From Octopus sinensis (Eukaryota): 64,000 nucleotides of DNA. The DNA lies in contig NC_042999.1 in the NCBI RefSeq assembly GCF_006345805.1, positions 55,676,001-55,740,000 on the forward strand, written 5' to 3'. Both the position numbers and the translations under genes were made by a program. Within the stretch, counting starts at the first letter, position 1; every line of letters begins with the position of its first letter. This document shows positions 61,299-64,000 of the stretch, piece by piece. The notes under the pieces are model-generated. The model had not been told where the DNA came from and did not search any database. It saw nothing but the letters and a program-made list of their open reading frames with translations.

Positions 61299-63182
61299 CT
61301 GGAAAATAAAAGACAAACATTCATTTTTTTTGTTTTAACTACAACAATGGCCCATTTCTTTTAATCTAGTAAAATTGTGGACCACCTCAAAACAACTGCC
61401 TCTTGCCCTTTTCATTATAATTTCACACCCCCACCTGCCCCAACCCCTATTAAATTCTTGAGCCCCACTACAGCAATACTCCCTTGGAACTTCCTCTCTG
61501 CTGACAGAAGAATCAGATGAAATTTACATTTGGCAGAGTGAAGGGTACATCATCATCATCATTGTTTAATGTCCACCTTCCATGCTGGGATGGGTAGGAC
61601 GGCTTGACAGGGGCCAGCCAGGCAGAACCCTGCACCAGACTTCTGTGACTGTTTTAGCAGGATTTTTACAGCTGGATGCCCTATCATCGTCATCTCATCA
61701 CCCAGTGTTTTAAATCCAGATTTTGTCCCCATTAACAGGGGTGGCTAGATCTACCTCAATGCCATAGCAATTGCCCTCACACCATCTTGCCCAGTTTTGG
61801 GTGTTCTCCCTTCTCGAGCCAACCTTCCCAATCTCCTTCTCCACTTTTTCCTCGGTCTACCTCACTTTCTCGATCCATTCACCTTAAACTCAAGCACCCT
61901 CCTCACAACATGCTCCTCATCCCTCCTCAACACATGCCCATACCACCACACTCCATTCACCGATTCCTCCAACCCTAGCATCCCTAGAAGCATAAGAGAG
62001 TAAAATCTATTCCACCACTGGGCTCCATATGGCCCTTGGAGGTCCTTGTAAGATTTTGTTGTTAAAATTTATCTCCAATAATTTGGTTATATTTTTACAA
62101 TGCACAAAATATATTAATTTTTTTTAATACAATTCCTAATAAAATAGTAGTTTTAAGACATCGAAGGGATGTGAAGGTTGTACTCCCTAGGTAAAACGGG
62201 AATCGAAGGGGTCTAAGAAATGGTTGAGAGGCACTGGTTGCAAACTCGGTCTACCTCACTACCGAACAAGTGAAATGAAAGTAAAATGTAAAGCCGAAAC
62301 AAAACGAAATATCTAAAGGAAATAAATTCAACCCAAACCAAAATTGGAAACCGAATGCGATGTAAACCGTAGAGTAATCAGGGCCCGTCCAGTCGAGACT
62401 ATCCTGCCTTTTGTGAGTAATATCCCTGGGACTGCATTATCCAATGTGTACTTAATTTAAAAGGAAGGTGCAATGTGGTTTGTCGAAGACTTGGCTGCTA
62501 TTTCTAGTCTAATGAAATAGGTAGTATAGAGGGTCACTCGTTGAGGGAAGGGGACTCTTTTACTTGGATAATTTCTTTTCATCGAAGTTTCGAGCGTGTC
62601 GGACAAAATGCTTATCGGCATTTCTTCCGGCTCTTTACGTACCAAGTTCAAATTCTACCGAGGTCGACTCTGCCTTTCATCCTTTCGGAGTCGATAGAAT
62701 AAGTACCAGTTGAGTATGGTAACTGATAGGCACCCCACCCCTAAAATTGCCGGCTTTGTGCCAAAATTTAAAACAATTATTATTATTATTCCCTGTGGGA
62801 TTTGAATTAAGTTCCGAATTCAAATTCTGCTGACGTCAATTTGGTTTTGATAAAATAAAATACCAGTCGCATATGGAGATCAATTTAAACAATCATACTA
62901 TTCCCTAAAATATTTGTTATTATGTCGATGTTAAAAATTCATACATATTATTTTAAGGACTAAATTATCTATCGTACCTCCGTTTCATACCTTCTACACC
63001 AGGACTAAATTATCAACGTAGTTGATTAGGGAGAACTCAGAAACGAAGTTGCTGAGAAACGCATGAACCTCACAACACAGTATTTACCCACCCATCTATA
63101 TTTATAAATTTGATTGATCACTCGTAGCTGTTGGTAAGAAATCACTAACAATGATAATTAATAGTAATCGATATAAACTTAC

Positions 63183-63598
63183 CTGGAAGAACAAATATGA
63201 TGCATAAGACAGAGAAAGGATGCGGAATGGTTCCCACGTAAGAATACGATTTTTAAAGCAACATCCAGCTTGGTTTTGTCCAGTTTTTCCACCCATTCAA
63301 GAGAAAGTTTCGACAGAAGAACATCAACAAAACGCGAAAAATGGTTCTGAAGGAAACAACTTCTTGCTTGAGATTTTTCGCCATAACTTGGAAAATACTG
63401 GTTGAGTAAGGGATCACTGGAAGCCTGAGTCCTCCTGGTTAAATTACATTCGTCTCCTGCAGTAATTTTAGAAGCTGAAATAAGGGCCACAACAGTGTCC
63501 AGGGAACTCATCACTTGATATGGGTCGGTACTTGAGAGACCCACATGGAGTTCTTTCAATAAATTAAGAACTTTACCGTTTATCTCTGGCTTCGACAT
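63183..63598 (-). CDS. TELO2: TELO2 coding exon 1 (MSKPEINGKV...LMHHICSS)
   Basis: ATG at 63598 in ccaaccATG context; 416 nt; donor AG|gtaagt (phase 2). 'FLQNHFSRFVDVLLSKLSLEWVEKL...VFLRGNHSASFLCLM' resembles the human TELO2 N-terminus as I recall it ([25 protein letters not shown]...FFLEGPADQAFLVLM). Confidence 0.9.
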
Positions 63599-64000
63599 GG
63601 TTGGCCTTTGTCTAAGCTTATTATGGGGATCGATATATTAAAAGGATTCTATTAATTATAGATTTAAACCATAGATTTACTGTAAAGATTAATAAGAATC
63701 ACAGAGGAAAGTAAAACAGCGACATCATTATTTCTCAATGTTTACAAGCCATTGAAAAGTACGGATGACGAAATGGGAAATAACTTTGTATATATGGTAG
63801 CAGCAACATGTCATAAATTTCGTTCTTCGTAAAAGTTTTCTGCCTTTGAAGGCCAGATTTTCCTAGTTAACTAAAAAATTTGAAACTTCGTATACTGGTA
63901 GAATGTGTCAAAAGAAAACATAATTGTAAACAAAATTGAAAACAAAATTGTTATTCGTAACTTAAACGTAGTTTAATTTTTACGAATTTTAACCAATGAA

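Overview
Eukaryotic, repeat-rich genomic DNA. The SINE, RTE-tail and microsatellite families look to me like those of an Octopus (coleoid cephalopod) genome; this is recognition from memory, not a database result. One host gene is supported: a TELO2/TEL2 orthologue (TTT co-chaperone complex) on the minus strand. It has 19 GT-AG coding exons from ATG 63598 down to an exon starting at 19269. All 18 intron phases join into one open frame of about 850-880 aa, including the SDLDSDD CK2/PIH1D1 motif. The true 3' end is unresolved. The introns and the first ~19 kb are filled with mobile DNA: a decayed hAT (ZMYM1-like/TTF-type) transposase, two Tc1/mariner remnants, an internally deleted piggyBac and related MITEs, Mutator-type and hAT MITEs with TSDs, a Helitron-like element, RTE LINE fragments with many 3'-tail copies, and three or more tRNA-derived SINE families. 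The most interesting layer is three unrelated families of minimal type-I hammerhead ribozyme motifs with palindromic helix III, in Penelope-like inverted repeats inside TELO2 introns. One family has a swapped G3-C8 core pair, and one has a ~100-nt helix II and lies on the pre-mRNA strand. One insertion of the third family duplicated a TELO2 5' splice site as its TSD. No CRISPR arrays, rRNA or genuine tRNA genes were found.
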